Notes under the pieces: generated by a model
The model's input: only the letters and a program-made list of their open reading frames with translations
Databases searched by the model: none
Told to the model about the DNA's origin: nothing
Shown here: positions 12,046 through 23,873 of the stretch, in pieces
How positions within the stretch are numbered: the stretch's first letter is position 1
Layout: every line of letters begins with the position of its first letter
Program-made: the position numbers and the translations under genes
Source: Schizochytrium sp. TIO01
Lineage: Eukaryota; Protista; Bigyra: Labyrinthulomycetes
Direction of reading: 5' to 3'
Length of the DNA stretch: 64,000 nt
Assembly: GCA_004764695.1 (NCBI GenBank)
Contig: SMSO01000031.1
Coordinates: 4,564,436 to 4,628,435 of the forward strand

Positions 12046-13640
12046 CTATTCTCTAAAATTCTTGAACTTGCCATACCTTCGAGTCTGTGCCAGGGCATTC
12101 CTGCTGCTGCTGCTGCTGCTGCTGGTGGTGGGAGCACTTCGTGAACCTGCTCTGTTATTGATACTCTTTTCGTGTTTAGCAGCTAGGGGCCTCCATCTTG
12201 GTTTCTTGAGGACCTGTTTGGTTGTCATCTGCTGCAAAGTTTCAACTTCTTTTAAGCTGCAAATTCACCACCATCGGTACCGTGCTTCGGAGGGAGATAT
12301 ACAAATCGGCCTGTAGCACCACATCCTTTCGTAGTCGGCCTCACGCCGAATCAGCGCATGCTTTCTCCATGATGGCAATAATTCGGTCTTTAGTCACCGC
12401 TATTGCGCCAGGCCTCCTGCTTCTTCAAGTTTGTTTACCTGACTGGCTCGCGCCATATTGCTCCTCCAAGTTCAAGTTCTTCTGCGAGACGCTGGCGTGA
12501 TGGCTGTCATTGAACCCATCAGCATCTCGTTGAACCCATCACAGCGAGCGCAACGCTTTCTTTCACTGAGCGATCTCGCGATGACGAGGTTTGCAGTACA
12601 CAGTGTCTTTCCGATGTTATTTATCCCAGAAGGGTGAGAAAATACCTACCAGCTCCTACCTTTCGTTACTATTACTACTACGACTATTACTACTACTACA
12701 TTGCATTGTTTTATAAAAGTTCATTTTTCCATTAAAAGTGAAGAAAGGATTTCTTTTAGTTACTAGTAAAAACTAACTCAACCTTCACTGAATAGTGCCT
12801 ATACATTCGTCTAGATAGCCGTAGCTGGGCAAGTGCGTAGTTTTCTCATTACTTTATTTTTTTTAAATTTAAACATTTGCAATTAAATTTCATAAAATTA
12901 ACATTAAAATAGAAGTCTTAATTGAGACGATGAGAAGAAAACTAACTTCAAGAGAACTAGATGGATAAGATAGGCAGAAGCAGCAGTCTATTCGATTTTG
13001 ACTTCTCCTTACCAGCCTCTTCGGTGCCTGTTGATCGATCTCCGCGGTGGGCTTGGGCGCCGACACGTTCGAGATTGTTGCCAGCAATCGCGCAGACGCC
13101 TCAGAAAGAAACTCAAGCAAAGGTGTTCCTTAAGCAAAGGTGTTCCTTCCTTCCCGACTGGCTGCAAGTGCAGATATATATATATATATATATATAAATC
13201 GGTGATTAACTCTGACCGCTTTAGTTTCACGATCACAGGCTCAGACAGAGGAGCTGACTGTGATGCAGCCGGCTCAAGCGTCACGGCCATCTTCTCTGGA
13301 GAGCATGTACCAGGCAGCTATTAGGTACTTGAGGTTCTTCGGGCTGGAGAGCATCAACCAACTCTTCGCGCGCGCAAGTCATGAGAAACAGGAGACTTTG
13401 CTCTGCACACTCCGTTTGTTGGTTTCTTGTCGCTGTTTTCAGCTTCATTCTGCGAAGTTCGTCGCTCTTCGCGCCCTCTCCTTCCTCTTCGTCGAGGCCA
13501 ACCGAGACCGTGCCTCCCAGCAGAGCTCGAGGCAGGCCGCTAGCTAGCTCCCACCGCCGCGCCTGCCAGGCACACGGCCTCCGCGACGCTCGAGCTTAAA
13601 TGCAGCCGCAAAGCCAAGAATGATGTCCTGGCGTCGCACA
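12046..13640 (-). pseudogene. Possible fragmented coding relic
   Basis: GC-richer blocks give short protein-like minus-strand frames (LEFLSEASARLLATISNV..., DCCFCLSY, CARCDGF). They are interrupted by stops, a (TA)n insertion, tandem duplications and an AT-rich island. No family recognised. Confidence 0.25.
13174..13196. repeat. (TA)n microsatellite
   Basis: Perfect dinucleotide run seen directly. Confidence 0.95.
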
Positions 13641-13685
13641 TTTCGCCTTCGTATCACCCGAACAATCGACGACAGACAGTGCAGT

Positions 13686-13691
13686 AAAGAA

Positions 13692-13743
<52 letters not shown>
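13686..13743. repeat. (GAAA)n microsatellite
   Basis: Near-perfect tetranucleotide run about 570 bp upstream of sulfatase copy 2. Confidence 0.95.
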
Positions 13744-14315
13744 AGAAACAGGGAACCAAGTCCGCTTAGTACAGCATAGACGATGTAGTAGGTAGGTATT
13801 CCTGGGAACGCCGTGAATGCGTGAGATAGGAGTGGAGTAGGTATTCACTTACGGAAAACTGTACCCCTCTGCGGGGCACCATTGTGCTCAGAGTTTTATT
13901 TATTTCGATTTTCCTTTTTTATTAAGAGGAACGAAAGAAATGAGACTCAATACATGGATTCCGCAAACCTTGTTGCCGATTTCCGCAGAGGGACCTTCTT
14001 ACCGTGGGTTTGAAATTCTGGTTTCCCCTCCTCCCGCGTCGTTTTCAATCGCAGAATTAGTAAGCTCACGATTGGGTTGACCACTAAAGATTCTTTCTTT
14101 GGTTCTCACTACTGTTACGCACGTGCGAAAAACTTCGAAAGGGCTATTAAGAAAAAGAAAGAAAATATTCTTCCAATTGGATTTATTTTAATTATGGAGG
14201 AAGCAGCAAAACAAATAGACACATTTTGCAAGAGCAATCGTTGTCAGCTCCGCAAACCGTGAACTCGGGAAGCGCTGGGTTTGCACAAGGTTTAAGATAA
14301 CAGGTCACAGGAGCC

Positions 14316-15995
14316 ATGGTGACCCCTGTAGTGACAAGGATCCTAGCGATCCTCGTGGCCGCTGCTGCGAGCTTGGATGTCGCAGCAGGCGCTAACACGA
14401 CTCAATACAATGTCATTTTAATCGCCTCAGACGATCTCAAGGTTAACCTTGGTGCGTATGGCGACCCAGTGGCAGACACACCCAATATTGATGCTCTCAT
14501 GAACCGCGGCGTTCGCTTTGAAAACATGCACTGTCAGAAGTCAGAATGCGCGCCCTCGCGATCCTCTATGATTGCAGGCCGTAGACCTGACTCGCTCAAG
14601 GTCTGGGCCTTCGATCCTGTATTCCGCGAGTACAACCCAAAGCTCATGACACTCCCTGGTCATCTGCGTTACACAGGGAACTACCGTGCTGTGGCAGTTG
14701 GCAAAATTCTCGATAACAGAAACTTCAATGTTGACGACAGTGTCACGCCGGACCTCTGTGGTCAAGATATTTACCTCAATGCAGACATGGTGCATTGCAG
14801 CTGGGATGAGTACGTTAGCCCCAACATCATTCGCGATGAAGACGTTTGCAATGGTACCAATGCCTTGCGCTGGCCAGTTTCTGAAGCAGAGGAGGCAGAC
14901 TACGACCAAGACGACCACTTTGTCACCCTCATGCTTGAGACAAATAACCAGACCCTCAAACGCTCACAGGACTATTGTATTCGCACCATCGCTGTTGAAA
15001 AGCTTCGTGGTCTTGCACAGAACTACACAGACAATGGTCAACCATTTTTTCTCGGCGTTGGCTTCATGAAGCCTCACATGCCATGGATTGCGCCATACTA
15101 CGATTTTGAGCACTTTCGTACCATTCCAGACAGTATGATGGCACCACCGCCTGAAATTTCTGACCCTCTTGATAACAACACCTTCTGGACCGACCAGTCG
15201 TCTTCGTGGACGAAGAAGTCGGCAAACAGCGAGATCGCGAAATACGCGAACTATGAAGACTACAACACACCTGATCGTGCTCGTGCATACCATGCTGCCG
15301 TACGCTTTGTGGATCGTCAGGTTGGTGAGTTCTTGGACGTTCTCAACAACGAGATCGACCCTATTGTGCGCAACCGTACTATGGTAATCTTTTGGGGCGA
15401 CCATGGTTACCATCTGGGAAGCTTTGGTCTTTGGGCGAAGAAGACTGTCCTGGAACAGGCCACCCGTGTTCCTTTTTCGATCATGCCACCTCCTGAGTGG
15501 TCTGCTAAGAATAACTTCGAGGCTGGCAAGGCAACGTACTCAGTCACAGACACTGTTGACATGTACCCAACCGTCGTGGACATTCTTGGTCTCCCTTCAC
15601 CGAATCACACACTTGCCGGTACCAGCCTTGTCCCGATTCTAAAGAATGTTTCGGCACAGGTTCGTGCTGCGTCTGTTAACGAATACGAATCGTGGGAGAA
15701 CTCTAATTATGTTGGGTACTCCATCCGGACCATGTACTATAGACTTATTGTCTACATGAAGCTGGATACGAGCACCGGTGAATTTGACACAAGCACAGAA
15801 ACGAAAATGGAGCTATACCAGTACAGTCAGCCTGGTGATTTTGAGGCGCTCAACGTAATCGCTAATAGCAGCTTTGCTGATGTTAAAGCAAGGATGCTCT
15901 CTCTTGTTCCTACGAATAGTTCTGACACTGACTGGACAAACCTTCTTAATGTTGACCCGTGGGATGTTGACCAGGGTCCTCTTAGTAGTTTGTAA
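14316..15995 (+). CDS. Secreted iduronate-2-sulfatase-like S1 sulfatase, copy 2
   Basis: GCCATGG start context and signal peptide. Motifs: NVILIASDDL, CAPSRSSMIAGRRPD, GKILD, GFMKPHMPW, GDHGYHLGSFGLWAKKT, GYSIRT. Many N-x-S/T sequons. Intronless. Confidence 0.95.
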   Translation: MVTPVVTRILAILVAAAASLDVAAGANTTQYNVILIASDDLKVNLGAYGDPVADTPNIDALMNRGVRFENMHCQKSECAPSRSSMIAGRRPDSLKVWAFDPVFREYNPKLMTLPGHLRYTGNYRAVAVGKILDNRNFNVDDSVTPDLCGQDIYLNADMVHCSWDEYVSPNIIRDEDVCNGTNALRWPVSEAEEADYDQDDHFVTLMLETNNQTLKRSQDYCIRTIAVEKLRGLAQNYTDNGQPFFLGVGFMKPHMPWIAPYYDFEHFRTIPDSMMAPPPEISDPLDNNTFWTDQSSSWTKKSANSEIAKYANYEDYNTPDRARAYHAAVRFVDRQVGEFLDVLNNEIDPIVRNRTMVIFWGDHGYHLGSFGLWAKKTVLEQATRVPFSIMPPPEWSAKNNFEAGKATYSVTDTVDMYPTVVDILGLPSPNHTLAGTSLVPILKNVSAQVRAASVNEYESWENSNYVGYSIRTMYYRLIVYMKLDTSTGEFDTSTETKMELYQYSQPGDFEALNVIANSSFADVKARMLSLVPTNSSDTDWTNLLNVDPWDVDQGPLSSL

Positions 15996-16652
15996 TATTC
16001 CTCTCGTGCCCTCTGCTCTCTCGCACGTAGATTCTTCTGAATCTGGATCGCAAACAGTTTTTTAGGCTACTTAGAGGAGTAGACCATTTTTGTTTTGACA
16101 ATCCAAACATTGTACTAGCCACTGACTTATTGAATACTACACAAATACGGTTTTAATTTCAATACTATATTAATGGAGAAAATGTTTCTTGAAAAGTATG
16201 CTTTTTTTAGTCGCTTGCTTTGTAGGTTCTATACTATGAGGAACGTGTTTCTGAGGGCATTTGGCTTGCACTGCAAAATTTTCCGTCGGTGATTGATTCT
16301 AAGAACAACTTTATAAGTTGCTTGGGCAAACTCAAAGTTTGGGGTGCATTGTTGCAGCAGCTTACGACGCCTGGGGAGCTTGCTTACGTGCGTGCGAAAC
16401 CTTATCCTGGAAGTTTTTTGCTCCCTCGCATTTCATTTAAAGTACTAATGAATATGCCTCTAGAGTTCTAGGAGGTTGTGTATATACTGCGCTGTCAAAA
16501 TTGACCAGGCGACCAAAAGCTGCACTAAAAATGTTGGTGAATGGATGGGGAAAATCATTATCATGATTTTCTCAGTAATTCTACCTTCTTCAATATATTT
16601 CTTCGTTATTCACAATGAAGCGCAATATGTCTATCTAATATTGTGCGTATTT

Positions 16653-17290
16653 TTAGGAGCCAGCTTGTGGGTAACTTCTAGCAGAAACGAAATTTGGAAA
16701 ATCTAGTTTCTCGATTTTTATGACATCATTGTTCATGCGGCTGAGGAAGCTACTACGATGCTGCGTCTCATAAAGGTCTATCATTGCCCTCCAATAGATC
16801 CTCACGTCAAGCAAAGTCCCCACCGTATCAGGACTCCAGGGTTTGCCCCAGTATTTCTTCTTGGGCTGCCTCAGCCCATCCCAGAGATACATACATACTC
16901 CATACTCCCAGGCCATCTTGCTTCGTCATTCCTCCTTCAAACGACGACAAGAACACCTCGCACAATCCGCAACTCATGGTACCTAGGCGTATTTGTCCTC
17001 CTTTGTTGTAGCAGGCAGGCGGGCGCCGCAGTAAGCAGATAGATCCGCATTCCTTCACGCACGCAGAGCAAGCCAAGGGGTGCCATCTTCCGAGTCGCTC
17101 AGCCCTTCAAACAAACGCCTCGAAGCGAAGACTCCCACGATCTGCATGTTCCATGGCCGCCAGTTCCACAACTTTGGCCCTAATTCTTTCACATCGTGAC
17201 CGGCTGCCACGCCGCCGCAATTCCACCCGTTCTCATTCAGACCGCATCCAATTCAGACCAAGCTTCAAGTCCGCTATACTCTGCCACCAA
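16653..17290 (-). pseudogene. Possible decayed gene (Cys-rich segment followed by a W/Y-rich segment)
   Basis: Overlapping frames CSACVKECGSICL...SCGLC and WEYGVCMYLWDGLRQPKKKYWGKPWSPDTVGTLLDVRIYW read like protein, but they are frameshifted and flanked by stops. Confidence 0.25.
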
Positions 17291-17340
17291 CTAAGCAGCT
17301 AAGCATCCGCCACGATATACACTGCTGCCGCCTCCACACA

Positions 17341-17955
17341 CATTCACTCACTCCCTCACTCACTCCTTCACTCACTCACTCACTCACTCCTTGTGCCGCT
17401 CCAATTCGGTTACTCAGACGAACTACCTCGAGAATCAGCGCAAGTCACGAGTTTTAGCGATGTGCCGAATTCTGAGCGATTGATTTGTCAAAGTGATTGA
17501 TCGACTGCTTCTCCGTTTGTTTGTGGTTGATTGTTTCTTTCACGTGGGTCTCAGAGTCCGTGCTGCTGGCTGGCGTTGTCGCCTCGAGCTGCTGGCGCCT
17601 CGAGAGCGGCCAGCATGAGCCAATGAGCTGCTTCTGCCAAAGATGTAAGTATGCATGTCTGTATGTATGCATGTCTGTATGTATGCATGTATGTATGTAT
17701 GTATGTATGTATGGCTGTCTCAGCAAAGAACCCGCATGTCTCTAGCTAGTACACTCACCAGCTCAATGCTTGCACAGAAGAAGTCACTGTGCATGAGCGA
17801 ACGTCGCATATGAAATGAATGAATGAATGAATAAATGACACAAGAAATGCATGCACTGCCAGTCCTGCATCGGCACGCCAAAGCATCTCAAGCTTCCAGC
17901 CAAGGTGCTTGCCGGCTTGCCCAGAGCTTCTCCAAGCTCGCCAACCAGCATGCAT

Positions 17956-17995
<40 letters not shown>

Positions 17996-18291
17996 CGCCT
18001 GAGCTTTGCAGGGATTCCACCTGCTCTTGGTCACTCGAGTTGGATGCGTCAATCATTCACTCACTCATTCATTCATTCATTCATTCATTCAACTCGCTCA
18101 GAGCAACAGCCAATCTCGCTCCCCGCCTTCACATACAAGCTCCCTCCTGGCGCCAAGCTAACCTGTATGTGCCCAAAGCCCCTCTCCGATGCACCGTTCT
18201 CTACCTCTTGACAGCGAGGCATTCAGCTCGATCCACGAGACTGGGTAGATCTGTCCCCTCGCGCGATTCCCTTAATTTGGGGATTCCTCTC

Positions 18292-18323
<32 letters not shown>

Positions 18324-19076
18324 TTTTTTCTTTGTTTTTTCCCTTTTCTTTTTGGCGCAGAGAACTGCTCAGACAATCAATATGGCGGCACTTCAAGGCA
18401 CGGCACAGGCGCCTGGCCATGCGGTGCATCGATGGGGATGCGCAGCGAGCGAGGACGTGGAGATGCTCTAGAGGCTGGCCTGGTCGACGCCCGATCAGAG
18501 CAGCAGGAGGGAGGAAGAAGAAGAAGAAGGAGGCTGGCAGGCAGCCGGCCGGTGAGCCGAATCCGAGGGCGCTTGCTTCTTTGTTATTTTCTTACACTGG
18601 CGAGGAGTGCTATGGTTTAGGGTAGCAGGGCGGGCTTTCAAGGGAGCCATTGAAAGTGCTTGTTCGCTGTTTTTGGAGCAGGCGTGGCAACGATATGGAC
18701 GCAAGATGGTACAAGACTCGGACTGCGTAGATATGATGGCTATGGAATTGCAGTAGGCATGCGGATTCAGACATCTGCGCTGGGCAGCGAAGAACGTGGA
18801 GAAAAAGAGGTCGTAAGCCGGCGACCATTTCACGCGTTGCGAGGAGGAGTAACTGATGTTTACATAGATCATAGGTACTTAATGCGACGAGAACTAAGTG
18901 GACCAGCCTGCCTGGAAGCAGAGGTCATCTAGCTACACGGGTTTAGAGGAGGCAGCAAATCGTAAACGAAGTTGGGCGGCTCGTGACTCGAAGGGACTTG
19001 CCGAGCAGGCAGTCTCGAGGAGTTACTTACTTACTTACTTACTTACATACTTACATACTTACTTCCTTACTTACTT
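17341..19076. repeat. Cluster of different tetranucleotide microsatellites: (CACT)n, (TATG)n, (GAAT)n, (GCAC)n, (CATT)n, (TTTC)n, (TTAC)n
   Basis: Runs at ~17341-17389, 17650-17713, 17812-17832, 17956-17993, 18053-18090, 18293-18321 and 19023-19076. Confidence 0.93.
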
Positions 19077-19109
19077 GCTTTTGCGGTGGTGGAGGTGGTG
19101 GTGACTTCA

Positions 19110-20819
19110 ATGCAGCACAGGATGCTTGCAGGACGACTTGTGTCGGTGATTGTAACCTTGATTGTGGCTTTGGGTCAGCAGCAGCAGCACCAGTTTGCAG
19201 CGGCAGCGGATACCAAGTACAATGTTATCTTCATTGTAGCAGATGATCTTAAGGTAAATCTCGGAGCCTATGGCGACCCTGTTGCTGACACGCCCAACAT
19301 CGATGCACTCATGAGCAGGAGTGTTCGCTTTAATAACATGCACTGCCAGAAGGCAGAGTGCGCGCCCTCGAGATCCTCGATGATTGCTGGACGCAGACCT
19401 GACTCGATCAAGGTGTGGAACTTCGACCCGGTGTTTAGAAAGTACAATGAAGAGCTGATGACCCTGCCTGGTCACCTTCGTAATGCTGGCGGATACCGTG
19501 CTGTTGCAGTTGGCAAGATTCTTGATAACCGAAGCTTCAAAGTAGGTGATAGCGTCACCCCTGATCTTTGTGGACAAGACATCTATCTTAACTCAGACAT
19601 GGTACACTGTAGCTGGGATGAGTACGTCAGCCCGGATAGCCTGCTCGATGAAGATATCTGTGATGGCACCAGCGCTTTGCGTTGGCCGGTTTCTGCATCG
19701 GAAGAGGCTAACTATGACCAGACTGATAAATTCCTAAGCCTTGCTTTCGAAACCAACAACGAGACGTTGAAACGGTCTGAGGACTACTGTGTCCGCACCA
19801 TCGCTGTTGAGAAGCTCCGTGCGCTTGCACAGAACTATACTGAGCATAACCAACCTTTTTTTCTTGGCGTGGGTTTCATGAAGCCGCACATGCCGTGGGT
19901 TGCTCCTCATGAGGATTTTGAGTATTTTCGCAGAATTCCCGATAGCTTAATGGCTGCACCGCCTGAGATCTCAGACCCGCTTGACAACAATACATTCTGG
20001 ACTGACCAGTCATCATCCTGGACCAAAAAGACTGCAAATAGTGAAATTGCGAACTACGAAAACTATGAAGACTACAATGAGCCAGACCGCGCTCGGGCTT
20101 ATCATGCCACAGTTCGTTTTGTCGATCGCCAGGTTGGAGAGTTCATGCAGGTGTTTGATAACGAAATTGATGAGGTTGTACGAAACCGAACGATGATCAT
20201 TTTCTGGGGTGATCATGGTTATCATTTGGGTAGTTTCGGACTTTGGGCAAAAAAGACTGTTCTGGAACAGGCTACTCGCGTGCCTTTCTCGATCATGCCG
20301 CCAGTGGAATGGGCAGCGCAGTCGGGGAATGAAGTTCAGACGGGCAAGGCCACGTACTCCGTGACAGACACCGTGGACATGTACCCGACTGTGGTTGATA
20401 TTCTTGGCCTCTCATTGCCTGATCAGACGTTTGCAGGCACAAGCTTAGTCCCAATCTTGAAAAACACTTCAGCTCAAGTGCGTGCAGCTTCTGTTAATGA
20501 ATATGAATCATGGGAAAACTCAAATTACATGGGATACTCGATCCGCACCATGTATTACAGATTGATCGTATACATGAAACTCAGCTCAAGTACTGGAGAA
20601 TTCGACACGAGCACTGAGCAGATGATGGAGCTTTACCAGTACACCCAACCTGGTGATTTTGAAGCGATTAACGTTATTGACGACTCCAATTTTGCTACTA
20701 TTAAAGCTAAGATGCTCTCACTGATCCCCACGGACAAGACAGATACTGACTGGACCAATTTGCTTAACAAAGTGCCCTTTGATGTTGACATGGGTCCCCT
20801 TAGTAGCCTGCAACAATAG
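19110..20819 (+). CDS. Secreted iduronate-2-sulfatase-like S1 sulfatase, copy 3 (close paralog of copy 2)
   Basis: First ATG is at 19110 (the track starts at a GTG); hydrophobic leader LVSVIVTLIVALG. Motifs: NVIFIVADDL, CAPSR, GKILD, GFMKPHMPW, GDHGYHLG. Long stretches are identical to copy 2. Confidence 0.95.
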   Translation: MQHRMLAGRLVSVIVTLIVALGQQQQHQFAAAADTKYNVIFIVADDLKVNLGAYGDPVADTPNIDALMSRSVRFNNMHCQKAECAPSRSSMIAGRRPDSIKVWNFDPVFRKYNEELMTLPGHLRNAGGYRAVAVGKILDNRSFKVGDSVTPDLCGQDIYLNSDMVHCSWDEYVSPDSLLDEDICDGTSALRWPVSASEEANYDQTDKFLSLAFETNNETLKRSEDYCVRTIAVEKLRALAQNYTEHNQPFFLGVGFMKPHMPWVAPHEDFEYFRRIPDSLMAAPPEISDPLDNNTFWTDQSSSWTKKTANSEIANYENYEDYNEPDRARAYHATVRFVDRQVGEFMQVFDNEIDEVVRNRTMIIFWGDHGYHLGSFGLWAKKTVLEQATRVPFSIMPPVEWAAQSGNEVQTGKATYSVTDTVDMYPTVVDILGLSLPDQTFAGTSLVPILKNTSAQVRAASVNEYESWENSNYMGYSIRTMYYRLIVYMKLSSSTGEFDTSTEQMMELYQYTQPGDFEAINVIDDSNFATIKAKMLSLIPTDKTDTDWTNLLNKVPFDVDMGPLSSLQQ

Positions 20820-22771
20820 TAGCTTCTGAGCAACACCGGTAATACCCACCCCGTTCCCGCATCTGAAAAGGGGAGCTCAAAAGTATATCTCCCCGACTGA
20901 AAGATTCTGACTTTGGAAACATTTCGCACATCTCAAGCAAGGCCCGTCCGTTTTGATGCGAATTGACACCATGATACGAGTATATGTGTCTCCACTTTGA
21001 CCTTTTTGTCTAGCTCTCTGTTTGGTAACTAGATTTTGTTAAACTAGCTAGTAGAATTTATTGCCTTCTCCCTCTCTACTCGAATCTCGTTATTTCCCTC
21101 AGGGCTTCCCGCCCGACTTCGTTTGTATGCACTGCATACAAACCATATTTTGCATACTGCATTTCACGTCTTTGCACTGAGGTGTGCCGCTTCTTAGCCT
21201 GAGACCAGTGTAAGTGATATGCTTTGATTTGAAGTTTTGCCTGACCGAAGGATTACCTCTAAACCGTGAGAGAGGCCCAGGACGGTGTTTCGCAAATCAT
21301 CATTATTGGGCTATTCGGTGCGAGCGCTTGCTGGTGAGATACTGTTCGCGATAGCATGCCATCAGTCATCTGCTGTGACTTGGTCTACAGAAGCCTGTGC
21401 CCACCAGCATTCGCTTGTTGCCTCGGTTGCTGCAATCACGCTGCACGAGGCCTGGAATCGAATTCAAGGTTTACTGGGACCCAACGTCTTGAGGTTCCCG
21501 AGACCGATAAGAGTTTGGGTATCACCGCAAAGCCGCAGCTCGGTCTTAGTTCCCCTTCGTGTTTAGCATAGAAGGCACCTACCTGCACGCTTTGCTAGTC
21601 CCTCTAGAGGTAAACTTCGGCACTTGAATCGTTTGACCAAATTTGCCAATCGGGCAACTAACAAATCCAAGAGTGAGTAGCAAACAATCAACAGCAACAA
21701 TTGCAGTCCTGGTCCTTTCAAGGTTGCAGTGCCAGTGAATGTGCGCAACTAGCTGTCCACGAATAGCAGCGCCTCGCGAGAACCTTGAACACTGCTGAGA
21801 AAACTACAGAATAGCACGTGACCGGAAAGAAGACATAGACAAACAATCTTCGATTGAAAGAGCCCTCAACACTACAAAAGTAGGTAAAACAATATAAACT
21901 AAGACTTTTTTATAATTAAAACTAAATCACTATTTAATAATGAAAAACAACAAAGAATATAAAAGAAATAAATAATAAATAATAATAAAGGAAGAAAAGA
22001 TAGGCCATGAAGGAAGGACTTAGAAGAGGAACTTCAAGTTGATCCGGAAGTTGAACTGCCACGGACTCGCAGAATGAAGGGCTGAGCAACGCATGCGCTT
22101 ATGAGCCGCCTCTTCGAGCTCATCAAATATGCCCAAACCATTTCCGGATAAAGTCCCGCGCGTTTCTTCGCTCTTTTGCAGCCGGTTTGCAAGCCCAGTT
22201 TCTTCCGTTAGACGGCAGCGCAAAATGGAGTTTCAACATCCCAAACAGCTTTTTTCATATTTCCCCCTTTTCCCAACAATTTTTCCTCATTCGAAAGATA
22301 GCAGTTCCAACTGTTCTGCTCTCTGACCCTTACGAGTTTACAATATGAAAGCGCTAACCAAAGGTGTGCGCCAAGTCAAGTGCCCTCGCGGTTCCTGGAA
22401 ATGGACTGTCTCCTAGCGCTGCAGGTGAAAGGAAGCGCAAGTGAATTCAAGTAAACTTTCCACTTATATAAATTGCCCCGAAAGTGGAGTATACTGGGCC
22501 CTAGTGGAGTATAGGCCTTCGAAGACCAAGAACGGGGCTCCATCATGGTTCCTCTGAACTGATGGACACGGCATGAACGAACTGAGGAAGAGAGGCAACG
22601 AATTGAGCACAGCTTTATGGAGTGGAATCAAAGCCTTCTGTGAGCTTCCCTCTGCTCGTTGGCACCGGAGGCGGGGATCTGCGAGAGCGCCGCAGACGAG
22701 ATTGCAGGCAGGCCATGGCCAACTTTGGGGAATGTGAACGAAAAAGAGCGACGCGGATCACGGTGAGCCTG

Positions 22772-22773
22772 GA

Positions 22774-22829
<56 letters not shown>

Positions 22830-22830
22830 A
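22772..22830. repeat. (GAAA)n microsatellite
   Basis: Perfect run seen directly. Confidence 0.95.
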
Positions 22831-23873
22831 CACCTCTCGAGGGTTTTTCTTTTCTCTTCTATTCCACAGACAATAAGGTGCAGCTATCATTTACGGTAGG
22901 AGGGGACTTTAAAAGAAATCTTATCGCAGTTTAGAAAATACTGATGGGAGTAATAAAGAAAACATTGAAGGAAAGAAACAGCTGAAAGAGGAAAGCGCCG
23001 CGTCGAATGGATGCACAGGCCCCTAAAGTCGGCTCCCACGGCCATTCTCGCACGTTGGGAGAAGTGGCGCGAGTACCTGCAGAGCAAGCTCTTGGTTCTC
23101 CTGAGCTTTGACTTGGCTGCCTTAGTCTGCGCTGTTGTCTTCGATCAAGCGGCTTCCTTCTTCGTGTTAAGGGAAAACAGTGCCTCACTCCACAATTGAT
23201 TGATTGATTGATTCTACTTTATTATATTCTATGATATTATATTCTTCTGTTCTCTTTTCTTTTCTTTTCTTTTCTTTTCTTTCCTAATAGAATGCACAGA
23301 TACCCTGAATTAATGAAACAGGCACTCTGAAAAGATGGGAACTAATGAAAATGGGGATAACTATGATGAAATGAGATTAATGGGTCATACTAAGAAAGTA
23401 CAGAATTAAAAGAAAATGGTGTGGAATGGAATGGAGGACCGTGCTGCAAAATCGCAATCTCGAGGCGCTGCAGGGGGCGCTTCAGGAGCAGCTCGCGAAG
23501 GCCCGCCCAGTTGCTGCTGCTGCTACTTCCCGCCTTCAAGGGAGTCTTGTTGCCCGGGAGCAGCTGAACTCAATCATTCGCCTGCTAGTACAACGCTCTT
23601 GGGAGGAGCAGACACGCGCCGCAGAAGAGCTCAGCAGTAGTTAAATATTATTGGATCACTCACTGAGGCGATAGCTTATGAGGTTGGGGAGGAAATAGAA
23701 GAGTTCGAGGAGGCAATTAACTTGCTTTAGGAACCCGATCGCACGTTTGTGCCTTCACCTTTCCACAGCGTATATAGTAAACGCGTGCACAGCGGCAGAG
23801 TTTGATCAATCGATTGAGATTGATATAAGAGGCCAAACAGCAATCATTTAGTTTCAAGACTATCTCATCCAAA

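Noticed and set aside
17755-18471. Overlapping ORFs with HART/RACV/HSFI/FFLS repeats
   Set aside because: Microsatellite translations.
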